In this document: positions 27,587-41,750 of the stretch, one piece after another
How positions within the stretch are numbered: the first letter of the stretch is position 1
Layout: each line of letters begins with the position of its first letter
Assembly: GCA_011109175.1 (NCBI GenBank)
Contig: RDEW01000002.1
Location: 322,299 to 386,298 of the forward strand
Direction: 5' to 3'
Source: Dicyema japonicum
Lineage: Eukaryota > Animalia > Dicyemida
DNA: 64,000 nt
The notes under the pieces: model-generated
What the model was told of the DNA's origin: nothing
Databases searched by the model: none
What the model saw: only the letters and a program-made list of their open reading frames with translations
Made by a program: the position numbers and the translations under genes

Positions 27587-30500
27587 ATTACTATAACTTT
27601 GAGTCGGTCAATTTCTGTTGTCGGATATTTATCTGAGTAAAAGTCAATTTTGACAGAATTGAAGCATTCGTTGACTTACGGCTATATATCATAATCGAAA
27701 GCTAGCATGAACAACTTTGCAGATACCAGAGAAATCGGTTCACAAATGCTGTAGGGATCAACTGGTTAAAGAAATTAAACAAAAGGACAGTTTACTAGCC
27801 ATGTAAAAATGAAGTACCTACTGACTTAGTGATTTCCAATCCCGAATGGAGATATGTCTGAGAAGTCTGTATATTTCGCTTACCGATCTATTAAATGCTA
27901 ACTAAGCTACCTATTTGGCGAGAAAATTAATAAAATTTTTTAAAAGTCCTTAATAAAAAAGAGAATAAAGCAAAATTTAACGTTAACCCTTAACCCAGTA
28001 ATAACTAGACATTATCGATTTACGGAGATTTTTGATTCTTGTTTATTTCATTAAAGTGATATGGTTTTATTTTTTTCTGTTTCTAGAAAAATATTAGCAA
28101 ATTATACATGATATCGTTTCACATCCTTTGAATTTTTGATTGATCGAGTTTCTGGAAATGATTAATCTTTAAACCTGCTGTAGAATTATGTTTCACATTA
28201 TTAATATAAGCTACTGTTAATGCTTAGACAATTACCTGATGTCGTACTATTTTGTATATCTAAACAAATTTACATGATCAAAACTTGATGTAGAAGTTGC
28301 TGACTCTGCAACATGATTCAAATCCTGTACGTGATTATTCTAAATAATAATTTAATTATGGGAATAAACCGAAATATCGTCCGGAATGTCAAATGATTGT
28401 ACTAAATTGGAGGCTAATGGCTAATATAAATATATTACCGGATTTTATCGCGGTGAATAGGAAGCTAATGGCTAATATCATCGACTATATAATTATTTGT
28501 CGCTTATATATCATTTATGAATTAAAGAATTTCAAATGACCTGATTTTCTGCATTAAAGTTAAATATGAGGATATGAGATAATATTCTTAACTTTCGAAA
28601 TCTATTCTAAACCACAATTATGAGATTTTCTTACAAAAATAATGCAACTTAATTGGAAGAAAAAATAATTTTTCAGCTCCTGGATCATTGGATGATAAAT
28701 CGTTATTGAATAAAGTGATAATGTATAAACTGTAGGAAGTAAACCTTTATCCAAGTGGTCAAAATACTTGTGTTAAGTAATTTGTCAGAAATAACTTAAA
28801 GAGTGAAAAGTTTTATGTGCTTTATCATCAAAAAGTCTTCTTGTGTAAGCATATTTGGAATAGTGTTCACAGTGTTAACATTAGTGCACATAATTAAAGA
28901 ATAGATTATCTTATAATGTTTATTTAATTCTGTTATATTAACTTTTTTGATGCTTATAGTTTATAATTCATCAATAAATGTATATAGCAGTAATCCACTC
29001 GAATCATCCATTTGGGACTTTCGAGAAATTTCGAGAAATTTGAGAAGTCTGCACGTTTACTTTTGCATAATTAATTAAGAGCTCGTTAGTATCTAATAAC
29101 AGAATCAACAATATCTGTGGAGAACTACTAATTTACACTCTCACTCAATCATCAAAAAAATATCTATATGTTCAACAAAATATTAAAGTTTTACTGACCC
29201 TTTGATATAACAACAGGAATATTACTGCTTATTCAAAAACCCGATAAAAGTGCAGGCCCACTTAAGAATCTGAGGCGCATAGTTCTATTAAGGTCTCTCA
29301 AAAACCTTCCCTATTATAACTATGAGTCGGTCAAGTTCTGTTGTCTGATATTTATCTAAGTCAAATTCGATTTTAACAGATTTGAAGCTTTCGTTGGTTT
29401 ACGGCTATATATCATAATCAAAAGCAGGTATGAACAACTATGCAGACACCAAAGAAATCGATTAAGAATAGTTATAGGGATAAACTGGTTAAAGAAATTA
29501 AACAATAGGACTCTTTACTAGCCATGTATATGCGGGACGATTAGAGAGGAAGTGATCAATTTCGCTGGCGATTTTTTTGTGACACAATCTCGGTGACACC
29601 AAGTAATTTCATTATGGGAAATTTTTTCAATAGAAATGTATCTTGGGGCTTTTGTGGACTACAGAGAACTAAGCTTCCTCTCTCTCTGGTTCAAGAGTAT
29701 GCCAAAATTGGTTGAAAATAAGAACAGTGTATCACTTAATGAATTACGCAAGCGTGTTTTGAAGAAGGTTGTATAAAGAACACTGCAAAAACTGATGGCA
29801 AGATTGCGAAAAAGTGAAACACTAAGAATTCAATTCAATTCAAAGATGTCTTTGTCAAACTAACACAAGTATTTTGACCAGTTGGATAAAGGTTTACTTC
29901 TTACACTATATCCATTATCACTTTATTCAATAACGTTAAATCATCCGATGATCCAGGAGAAGCAAAATTATTTCTTCCAATTCAGTTGCATCATTTTTGT
30001 TGGAATTTCTCACATTTGTGGTTGAGAATAGATTTCGAAAGTTAAGAATATTATCATAGGCTATTCTTTGACTTTAATGCAGAAATTCAGGTCATTTGAA
30101 ATTTTTTAATTCATAGCACATCTTAGGATGAATAATATTCCCATCGAACAAAGCTTTAAGTGATTACTTGTATGTCAAAAGAGACGATTTTGTCTAAGTC
30201 TAAGCGAAACATTGTCAGTTGTCTTCATATGGACCTTAAAAATAAAAAAAAAACAAATCTGATCCGCCTACTATCTGGAATCAATGAGATCTTACAAAAA
30301 CAGAGAAGTGACGAACGGAATAACATTTAAAATTGTTTCTTTAGATGCATATGCGGGTTCAAAAATATTATAGCTCTTTTGAAAGTGCTGAGTAAATTAA
30401 TTTAAATTAATTCCAAAGATCAAAGGTTATCAAACTATCTAACTCCTCGATCCTGACTCGTTCCAACATTCCAGAACTTGTCAACAGTAACGACGTTGTC

Positions 30501-30991
30501 CCAGGGAAAGAATTATTGATCTTCTTGATCGCGGACAGTCATTGTGCGCATCCAAAATAAAAAAATTACTTTTTTAAATATCAAAACTATGCTATTCTCG
30601 GCTAAAAATATATTCACATGTTGCGATATGTCAAATATCAATACTTAAAATCAAGTGGAAACTAAAGAGACAACTTCGAATCTCGTACTAACAATTAAAG
30701 ACTCATTAGGCAACGAAACAGACTTCATAGCTTTCTTAATTAATTAAGAGCTCGTTAGTATCTAATAACAATATCAACAATATCTGTGGAGAACTACTAA
30801 TTTACACTCTTACTCAATCATCAAAAAATATCTATATGTTCAACAAAATATTACAGTTTTACTGCCCCTTTGATATATCAACAGGAATATTACTGCTTAT
30901 ACAAAAACCCGATAAAAGTGCAGACCCACTTAAGAATCTGAGGCGCCTAGTTCTATTAAGGTTTATCAAAAACCTTTCCTATTATAACTAT

Positions 30992-31310
30992 AGCCGAGTG
31001 GCATAGTGGATAGGTGTCGGGCTTAAGTCCCTTAGGCTAAGGGTTCGAATCTCGCTGCTGTTCACCTGGTGTTAGGTTCCACGTATCTACGATGCCAAAA
31101 GGGTTTGACAACTGACGCCGTCATCAGTGGATTCTCACTGCGGGACTGGATTGTCTAGAAAGGACACTCATACAAGAAAAAGATAGAAAGAAGTGAAGAT
31201 CATTCCTTGGTTCTACGATTAGTTAAAATTAACTATTCTTTACTTAAATAAGTGTGTGTCCTGCCTATGCAGAGATATAAATATTATGGCTCTCGTGAAA
31301 AGGTTTTTAT
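30992..31310 (+). mobile_element. tRNA-derived SINE, copy 2
   Basis: A and B boxes as in copy 1. Anticodon-like arm GGG-CTTAAGT-CCC. TSD TATTATAACTAT (30980-30991) / TATTATAACTTT (31311-31322). Confidence 0.92.
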
Positions 31311-33849
31311 TATTATAACTTTGAGTCGGTCAATTTCTGTTGTCGGATATTTATCTGAGTAAAAGTCAATTTTGACAGAATTGAAGCATTCGTTGACTTA
31401 CGGCTATATATCATAATCGAAAGCTAGCATGAACAACTTTGCAGATACCAGAGAAATCGGTTCACAAAAGCTGTAGGAATCAACTGGTTAAAGAAATTAA
31501 ACAAAAGGACAGTTTACTAGCCATGTAAAAATGAAGTACCTACTGACTTTAGTGATTTCCAATCCCGAATGGAGATATGTCTGAGGAGTCTGTATATTTC
31601 GCTTACCGATCTATTAAATGCTAACTAAGCTACCTATTTGGCGAGAAAATTAATAAAATTTTTTAAAAGTATTTAATAAAAAAGAGAATAAAGCAAAATT
31701 TAACGTTAACCCTTAACCCAGTAATAACTAGACATTATCGATTTACGGAGATTTTTGATTCTTGTTTATTTCATTAAAGTGATATGGTTTTATTTTTTTC
31801 TGTTTCTAGAAAAATATTAGCAAATTATACATGATATCGTTTCACATCCTTAGAATTTTTGATTGATCGAGTTTCTGGAAATGATTAATCTTTAAACCTG
31901 CTGTAGAATTATGTTTCACATTATTAATTATAATCTACTGTTAATGCTTAGACAATTACCTGATGTCGTACTATTTTGTATATCTAAACAAATTTACATT
32001 ATCAAAACTTGATGTAGAAGTTGCTGACTCTGCAACATGATTCAAATCCTGTACGTGATTATTCTAAATAATAATTTAATTATGGGAATAAACCGAAATA
32101 TCGTCCGGAATGTCAAATGATTGTACTAAATTGGAGGCTAATGGCTAATATAAATATATTACCGGATTTTATCGCGGTGAATAGGAAGCTAATGGCTAAT
32201 ATCATCGACTATATAATTATTTGTCGCTTATATATCATTTATGAATTAAAGAATTTCAAATGACCTGATTTTCTGCATTAAAGTTAAATATGAGGATATG
32301 AGATAATATTCTTAACTTTCGAAATCTATTCTAAACCACAATTATGAGATTTTCTTACAAAAATAATGCAACTTAATTGGAAGAAAAAATAATTTTTCAG
32401 CTCCTGGATCATTGGATGATAAAGCGTTATTGAATAAAGTGATAATGTATAAACTGTAGGAAGTAAACCTTTATCCAAGTGGTCAAAATACTTGTGTTAA
32501 GTAATTTGTCAGAAATAACTTAAAGAGTGAAAAGTTTTATGTGCTTTATCATCAAAAAGTCTTCTTGTGTAAGCATATTTGGAATAGTGTTCACAGTGTT
32601 AACATTAGTGCACATAATTAAAGAATAGATTATCTTATAATGTTTATTTAATTCTGTTATATTAACTTTTTTGATGCTTATAGTTTATAATTCATCAATA
32701 AATGCATATAGCAGTAATCCACTCGAATCATCCATTTGGACTTTCGAGAAATTTCGAGAAATTTGAGAAGTCTGCACGTTTACTTTTGCATAATTAATTA
32801 AGAGCTCGTTAGTATCTAATAACAGAATCAACAATATCTGTGGAGAACTACTAATTTACACTCTCACTCAATCATCAAAAAAATATCTATATGTTCAACA
32901 AAATATTAAAGTTTTACTGACCCTTTGATATAACAACAGGAATATTACTGCTTATTCAAAAACCCGATAAAAGTGCAGGCCCACATAAGAATCTGAGGCG
33001 CATAGTTCTATTAAGGTCTCTCAAAAACCTTCCCTATTATAACTATGAGTCGGTCAAGTTCTGTTGTCTGATATTTATCTAAATCAAATCGATTTTAACA
33101 GATTTGAAGCTTTCGTTGGTTTACGGCTATATATCAAAATCAAAAGCAGGTATGAACAACTATGCAGACACCAAAGAAATCGATTAAGAATAGTTATAGG
33201 GATAAACTTGTTAAAGAAATTAAACAATAGGACTCTTTACTAGCCATGTATATGCGGGACGATTAGAGAGGAAGTGATCAATTTCGCTGGCGATTTTTTT
33301 GTGACACAATCTCGGTGATACCAAGTAATTTCATTATGGGAAATTTTTTCAATAGAAATGTAACTTGGGGCTTTTGTGGACGACAGAGAACTAAGCTTCC
33401 TCTCTGTCTGGTTCAAGAGTATGCCAAAATTGGTTGAAAATAAGAACAGTGTACCACCTAATGAATTACGCAAGCGTGTTTTGAAGAAGGTTGTATAAAG
33501 AACACTGCTAAAACTGATGGCAAGATTGCGAAAAAGTGAAACACTAAGAATTAAATTCTATTCAAAGATGTCTTTGTCAAACTAACACAAGTATTTTGAC
33601 CACTTGGATAAAGGTTTACTTCTTACACTATATCCATTATCACTTTATTCAATAACGTTAAATCATCCGATGATCCAGGAGAAGCAAAATTATTTCTTCC
33701 AATTCAGTTGCATCATTTTTGTAGGAATTTCTCACATTTGTGGTTGAGAATAGATTTCGAAAGTTAAGAATATTATATCATAGGCTCATCTTTGACTTTA
33801 ATGCAGAAAATCAGGTCATTTGAAATTTTTTAATTCATAGCAGCACATC

Positions 33850-34870
33850 TTAGGATGAATAATATTCCCATCGAACAAAGCTTTAGGTGATTACATGTCT
33901 GTCAAAAGAGACGATTTCGTCTAAGTCTAAGCGTAACTTTGTCAGTTGTCTTCATATGGACCTTAAAAATAAAAAAAAACAAATCTGATCCGCCTATGAT
34001 CTGGAATCAATGAGATCTTACAAAAACAGAGGAGTGACGAACGGAATAACATTTAAAATTGTTTCTTTAGATGCATATGCGGGTTAAAAAATATTATAGC
34101 TCTTTTGAAAGTGCTGATTAAATTAATTAAAATTAATTCCAAAGATCAAAGGTTATCAAACTATCTACCTCTTCGATCCTGACTCGTTCCAACATTCCAG
34201 AACTTGTCAACAGGTAACGACGTTGTCCCAGGGAAAGAATTATTGGATCTTCTTGATCTCGGACATTCATTGGGATCCTCCTCAGTAAGGTGGATCTAGT
34301 GATGCCATCGAAAGGAGGAATTAATTTTGGCAAACTAGCCACGTAGGACCACATAGCGCTACTCGAATTGTTGCCAGAATTATTAATTAATGATAATATT
34401 AACCAGTTTATTCTTTGTGTAATCCAAAATAAAAAATGACTTTTTTAAATATCAAAAACTTTGGTATTCTCCGCGAAAGATATATTCACATTTTGCGATA
34501 TGTCATATATCAATATTTAAAATCAAGTGGAAACTAAAGAGACAACTTCGAATCTCGAACAAACAATTAAAGACTCATTAAACAACGAAACAGACTTCAT
34601 AGCTTTCTTAATTCAGTTCCAGGTTTTGTGAAATCACAAATTGTTGACAATTGTATCACCGGTTGCGATCTCTTGGTCAATTTGCATGTTATATTTGTAG
34701 ACCAGTTAAGAATTCGAACCTTATCAGGGTAGTATCTTTCGCGGTTTGAGTTAATCGTCAATCTCACCAGTGATAGAATTATCCTACCTCTGAGGAACCT
34801 GTATATCTTTCTCAATGATGAGATAAATCCTTTTATGTGTTGTAGCTGGTCGTACTCATCCACCCAGAAA
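33850..34870 (-). pseudogene. Possible Penelope-like RT relic (also in the other array units)
   Basis: Weak minus-strand words in plausible order: VRILNWSTNITCKLTKRSQP, then EEVDSLITFDL, then FQKSYNIF. Family assignment is tentative. Confidence 0.25.
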
Positions 34871-37800
34871 GGGACATTATTAATTTACCCTGAAATAGTA
34901 ATGAGGTTACCTATTGACTTAGTGATTTCCAATCCCGAATGGAGATATGTCTGAGGAGTCTGTATATTTCGCTTACCGATCTATTAAATGCTAACTAAGC
35001 TACCTATTTGGCGAGAAAATTAATAAAATTTTTTAAAAGTCCTTAATAAAAAAGAGAATAAAGCAAAATTTAACGTTAACCCTTAACCCAGTAATAACTA
35101 GACATTATCGATGTACGGAGATTTTTGATTCTTGTTTATTTCATTAAAGTGATATGGTTTTATTTTTTTCTGTTTCTAGAAAAATATTAGCAAATTATAC
35201 ATGATATCGTTTCACATCCTTTGAATTTTTGATTGATCGAGTTTCTGGAAATGATTAATCTTTAAACCTGCTGTAGAATTATGTTTCACATTATTATTAT
35301 AATCTACTGTTAATGCTTAGACAATTACCTGATGTCGTACTATTTTGTATATCTAAACAAATTTACATGATCAAAACTTGATGTAGAAGTTGCTGACTCT
35401 GCAACATGATTCAAATCCTGTACGTGATTATTCTAAATAATAATTTAATTATGGGAATAAACCGAAATATCGTCCGGAATGTCAAATGATTGTACTAAAT
35501 TGGAGGCTAATGGCTAATATAAATATATTACCGGATTTTATCGCGGTGAATAGGAAGCTAATGGCTAATATCATCGACTATATAATTATTTGTCGCTTAT
35601 ATATCATTTATGAATTAAAAGAATTTCAAATGACCTGATTTTCTGCATTAAAGTTAAATATGAGGATATGAGATAATATTCTTAACTTTCGAAATCTATT
35701 CTAAACCACAATTATGAGATTTTCTTACAAAAATAATGCAACTTAATTGGAAGAAAAAATAATTTTTCAGCTCCTGGATCATTGGATGATAAAGCGTTAT
35801 TGAATAAAGTGATAATGTATAAACTGTAGGAAGTAAACCTTTATCCAAGTGGTCAAAATACTTGTGTTAAGTAATTTGTCAGAAATAACTTAAAGAGTGA
35901 AAAGTTTTATGTGCTTTATCATCAAAAAGTCTTCTTGTGTAAGCATATTTGGAATAGTGTTCACAGTGTTAACATTAGTGCACATAATTAAAGAATAGAT
36001 TATCTTATAATGTTTATTTAATTCTGTTATATTAACTTTTTTGATGCTTATAGTTTATAATTCATCAATAAATGCATATAGCAGTAATCCACTCGAATCA
36101 TCCATTTGGACTTTCGAGAAATTTCGAGAAATTTCGAGAAGTCTGCACGTTTACTTTTGCATAATTAATTAAGAGCTCGTTAGTATCTAATAACAGAATC
36201 AACAATATCTGTGGAGAACTACTAATTTACACTCTCACTCAATCATCAAAAAAATATCTATATGTTCAACAAAATATTAAAGTTTTACTGACCCTTTGAT
36301 ATAACAACAGGAATATTACTGCTTATTCAAAAACCCGATAAAAGTGCAGGCCCACTTAAGAATCTGAGGCGCATAGTTCTATTAAGGTCTCTCAAAAACC
36401 TTCCCTATTATAACTATGAGTCGGTCAAGTTCTGTTGTCTGATATTTATCTAAATCAAATTCGATTTTAACAGATTTGATGCTTTCGTTAGTTTACGGCT
36501 ATATATCAAAATCAAAAGCAGGTATGAACAACTATGCAGACACCAAAGAAATCGATTAAGAATAGTTATAGGGATAAACTTGTTAAAGAAATTAAACAAT
36601 AGGACTCTTTACTAGCCATGTATATGCGGGACGATTAGAGAGGAAGTGATCAATTTTGCTGGCGATTTTTTTGTGACACAATCTCGGTGATACCAAGTAA
36701 TTTCATTATGGGAAATTTTTTCAATAGAAATGTAACTTGGGGCTTTTGTGGACGACAGAGAACTAAGCTTCCTCTCTGTCTGGTTCAAGAGTATGCCAAA
36801 ATTGGTTGAAAATAAGAACAGTGTACCACCTAATGAATTACGCAAGCGTGTTTTGAAGAAGGTTGTATAAAGAACACTGCTAAAACTGATGGCAAGATTG
36901 CGAAAAAGTGAAACACTAAGAATTAAATTCTATTCAAAGATGTCTTTGTCAAACTAACACAAGTATTTTGACCACTTGGATAAAGGTTTACTTCTTACAC
37001 TATATCCATTATCACTTTATTCAATAACGTTAAATCATCCGATGATCCAGGAGAAGCAAAATTATTTCTTCCAATTCAGTTGCATCATTTTTGTAGGAAT
37101 TTCTCACATTTGTGGTTGAGAATAGATTTCGAAAGTTAAGAATATTATATCATAGGCTCATCTTTGACTTTAATGCAGAAAATCAGGTCATTTGAAATTT
37201 TTTAATTCATAGCAGCACATCTTAGGATGAATAATATTCCCATCGAACAAAGCTTTAGGTGATTACATGTCTGTCAAAAGAGACGATTTCGTCTAAGTCT
37301 AAGCGTAACTTTGTCAGTTGTCTTCATATGGACCTTAAAAATAAAAAAAAACAAATCTGATCCGCCTATGATCTGGAATCAATGAGATCTTACAAAAACA
37401 GAGGAGTGACGAACGGAATAACATTTAAAATTGTTTCTTTAGATGCATATGCGGGTTAAAAAATATTATAGCTCTTTTGAAAGTGCTGATTAAATTAATT
37501 AAAATTAATTCCAAAGATCAAAGGTTATCACACTATCTACCTCTTCGATCCTGACTCGTTCCAACATTCCAGAACTTGTCAACAGGTAACGACGTTGTCC
37601 CAGGGAAAGAATTATTGGATCTTCTTGATCTCGGACATTCATTGGGATCTTCCTCAGTAAGGTGGATCCAGTGATGCCATCGAAAGGAGGAATTAATTTT
37701 GGCAAACTAGCCACGTAGGACCACATCGCGCTACTCGAATTGTTGCCAGAATTATTAATTAATGATAATATTAACCAGTTTATTCTTTGTGTAATCCAAA

Positions 37801-40800
37801 ATAAAAAATGACTTTTTTAAATATCAAAAACTTTGGTATTCTCCGCGAAAGATATATTCACATTTTGCGATATGTCATATATCAATATTTAAAATCAAGT
37901 GGAAACTAAAGAGACAACTTCGAATCTCGAACAAACAATTAAAGACTCATTAAACAACGAAACAGACTTCATAGCTTTCTTAATTCAGTTCCAGGTTTTG
38001 TGAAATCACAAATTGTTGACAATTGTATCACCGGTTGCGATCTCTTGGTCAATTTGCATGTTATATTTGTAGACCAGTTAAGAATTCGAACCTTATCAGG
38101 GTAGTATCTTTCGCGTTTGAGTTAATCGTCAATCTCACCAGTGATAGAATTATCCTACCTCTGAGGAACCTGTATATCTTTCTCAATGATGAGATAAATC
38201 CTTTTATGTGTTGTAGCTGGTCGTACTCATCCACCCAGAAAGGGACATTATTAATTTACCCTGAAATAGTAATGAGGTTACCTACTGACTTAGTGATTTC
38301 CAATCCCGAATGGAGATATGTCTGAGGAGTCTGTATATTTCGCTTACCGATCTATTAAATGCTAACTAAGCTACCTATTTGGCGAGAAAATTAATAAAAT
38401 TTTTTAAAAGTCCTTAATAAAAAAGAGAATAAAGCAAAATTTAACGTTAACCCTTAACCCAGTAATAACTAGACATTATCGATTTACGGAGATTTTTGAT
38501 TCTTGTTTATTTCATTAAAGTGATATGGTTTTATTTTTTTCTGTTTCTAGAAAAATATTAGCAAATTATACATGATATCGTTTCACATCCTTTGAATTTT
38601 TGATTGATCGAGTTTCTGGAAATGATTAATCTTTAAACCTGCTGTAGAATTATGTTTCACATTATTAATATAAGCTACTGTTAATGCTTAGACAATTACC
38701 TGATGTCGTACTATTTTGTATATCTAAACAAATTTACATGATCAAAACTTGATGTAGAAGTTGCTGACTCTGCAACATGATTCAAATCCTGTACGTGATT
38801 ATTCTAAATAATAATTTAATTATGGGAATAAACCGAAATATCGTCCGGAATGTCAAATGATTGTACTAAATTGGAGGCTAATGGCTAATATAAATATATT
38901 ACCGGATTTTATCGCGGTGAATAGGAAGCTAATGGCTAATATCATCGACTATATAATTATTTGTCGCTTATATATCATTTATGAATTAAAAATTTCAAAT
39001 GACCTGATTTTCTGCATTAAAGTTAAATATGAGGATATGAGATAATATTCTTAACTTTCGAAATCTATTCTAAACCACAATTATGAGATTTTCTTACAAA
39101 AATAATGCAACTGAATTGGAAGAAAAAATAATTTTTCAGCTCCTGGATCATTGGATGATAAAACGTTATTGAATAAAGTGATAATGTATAAACTGTAGGA
39201 AGTAAACCTTTATCCAAGTGGTCAAAATACTTGTGTTAAGTAATTTGTCAGAAATAACTTAAAGAGTGAGAAGTTGTATGTACTTTATCATTAAAAGTCT
39301 TCTTGTGTAAGCATATGTGGAATAGTGTTCACAGTGTTAACATTAGTGCACATAATTAAAGAATAGATTTTCTTATAATGTTTATTTAATTCTGTTATAT
39401 TAACTTTTTTGATGCTTATAGTTTATAATTCTTCAATAAATGCATATAGCAGTAATCCACTCGAATCATCCATTTGGACTTTCGAGAAATTTCTAGAAAT
39501 TTGAGAAGTCTGCACGTTTACTTTTGCATAATTAATTAAGAGCTCGTTAGTATCTAATAACAGAATCAACAATATCTGTGGAGAACTACTAATTTACACT
39601 CTCACTCAATCATCAAAAAAATATCTATATGTTCAACAAAATATTAAAGTTTTACTGACCCTTTGATATAACAACAGGAATATTACTGCTTATTCAAAAA
39701 CCCGATAAAAGTGCAGGCCCACATAAGAATCTGAGGCGCATAGTTCTATTAAGGTCTCTCAAAAACCTTCCCTATTATAACTATGAGTCGGTCAAGTTCT
39801 GTTGTCTGATATTTATCTAAATCAAATCGATTTTAACAGATTTGAAGCTTTCGTTGGTTTACGGCTATATATCAAAATCAAAAGCAGGTATGAACAACTA
39901 TGCAGACACCAAAGAAATCGATTAAGAATAGTTATAGGGATAAACTTGTTAAAGAAATTAAACAATAGGACTCTTTACTAGCCATGTATATGCGGGACGA
40001 TTAGAGAGGAAGTGATCAATTTCGCTGGCGATTTTTTTGTGACACAATCTCGGTGATACCAAGTAATTTCATTATGGGAAATTTTTTCAATAGAAATGTA
40101 ACTTGGGGCTTTTGTGGACGACAGAGAACTAAGCTTCCTCTCTCTGGTTCAAGAGTATGCCAAAATTGGTTGAAAATAAGAACAGTGTACCACCTAATGA
40201 ATTACGCAAGCGTGTTTTGAAGAAGGTTGTATAAAGAACACTGCAAAAACTGATGGCAAGATTGCGAAAAAGTGAAACACTAAGAATTAAATTCATTCAA
40301 AGATGTCTTTGTCAAACTAACACAAGTATTTTGACCAGTTGGATAAAGGTTTACTTCTTACACTATATCCATTATCACTTTATTCAATAACGTTAAATCA
40401 TCCGATGATCCAGGAGAAGCAAAATTATTTCTTCCAATTCAGTTGCATCATTTTTGTAGGAATTTCTCACATTTGTGGTTGAGAATAGATTTCGAAAGTT
40501 AAGAATATTATATCATAGGCTCATCTTTGACTTTAATCAGAAAATCAGGTCATTTGAAATTTTTTAATTCATAGCAGCACATCTTAGGATGAATAATATT
40601 CCCATCGAACAAAGCTTTAGGTGATTACTTGTCTGTCAAAAGAGACGATTTAGTCTAAGCGAAACATTGTCAGTTGTCTTCATATGGACCTTAAAAATAA
40701 AAAAAAATAACTCTGATCCGCCTACGATCTGGAATCAATGAGATCTTACAAAAACAGAGGAGTGACGAACGGAATAACATTTAAAATTGTTTCTTTAGAT

Positions 40801-41214
40801 GCATATGCGGGTTCAAAAATATTATAGCTCTTTTGAAAGTGCTGATTAAATTAATTAAAATTAATTCCAAAGATCAAAGGTTATCAAACTATCTATCTCC
40901 TCGATCCTGACTCGTTCCAACATTCCAGAACTTGTCAACAGGTAACGACGTTGTCCCAGGGAAAGAATTATTGCATTTTCTTGATCGTGGACTGTCGAAA
41001 CAGACTTCATAGCTTTTTTAATTAGTTAAGAGCTCGTTAGTATCTAATAACAATATCAACAATATTTGTGGAGAACTACTAATTTACACTCTTACTCAAT
41101 CATCAAAAATATCTTTATGTTCAACAAAATATTAAAGTTTTACTGACCCTTTGATATATCAACAGGAATATTACTGCTTATACAAAAACCCGATAAAAGT
41201 GCAGGCAACATATT

Positions 41215-41750
41215 TTCGGTGACACCAAGTTCTTTCATTATGGAAGATTTTTCAATCGAAATGTAACTGAGGACTTTCGTGGACGACAGAGAACTAAGCT
41301 TCGTCACTGTCTGGTTCAAGAGTATGCCAAAATTGTTTGAAATTGAGAACAGTGGACGACCTAATGGACCATGGCAAGCGTGTGTGGAAAAAGGTTGTAT
41401 AGAGAACACTGATAAACTGATGGCAAAAGTGGAACCCTTAGAATTAGATTCAAATAAATGCTGTCTATGTCAAACTATTCTGAACGCATGTAATTTTAAA
41501 CTAAAATACCTCAAAATGTCTCAACTCTCTCTTTAAGGGAGATTTGAGAATGAAATATAGGTCTTCTGTTTCATCTAGCTTTATTTTTGAATTTCATTGG
41601 TCTTCTGTGATTGCAACGAGTAATATCTTCTCCATGCCTTTTGAGCAAGGCAGATTCAAATACACATCTAAGAGAACAGAGAAAAATCAATTTGGAAGTC
41701 CAGACTTGTCAAATACGAGTCACAAAAATCATGGTCGACACAAATGATCT
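41215..41750 (+). repeat. Right arm of the inverted repeat bracketing the array
   Basis: Reverse complement of 23500-24070; for example GTTGCAATCACAGAA and GACAGCATTTAT occur in opposite orientations. Confidence 0.85.

Larger units (their letters stand above)
25351..41205. repeat. Macro-satellite array: two ~3.72-kb units, two ~3.37-kb units and a partial fifth
   Basis: Anchor ATAATTAATTAAGAGCTCGTTAG at 25351, 29067, 32790, 36161 and 39528 (spacings 3716, 3723, 3371, 3367). Units contain an RTE RT relic (TTGILLLIQKPDKSAGPLKNLRRIVLL), an unidentified coding relic and, in units 1-2, a SINE. Confidence 0.97.

Noticed and set aside
34255-34350. Possible spliced-leader or snRNA gene in the array (GTAAG donor-like word plus AATTTTGG Sm-like site)
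   Set aside because: Short motifs are expected by chance in AT-rich DNA, the stems are unconvincing, and the segment overlaps a probable retroelement relic on the other strand.
34715-34745. U2 snRNA-like GTAGTATCT word
   Set aside because: The flanking U2 stem I and downstream sequence do not match.
16625-41205. CRISPR array or rDNA/histone cluster as the explanation for the tandem arrays
   Set aside because: Units are kilobases long, have no short repeat-spacer structure, and contain no rRNA, 5S or histone sequence.
41380-41470. Reading the unknown relic's C..GCIENT as a GIY-YIG (YIGET) motif
   Set aside because: The Cys is conserved in the most diverged copies (GCLAKT, GCFLKI), which argues against a decayed YIG.
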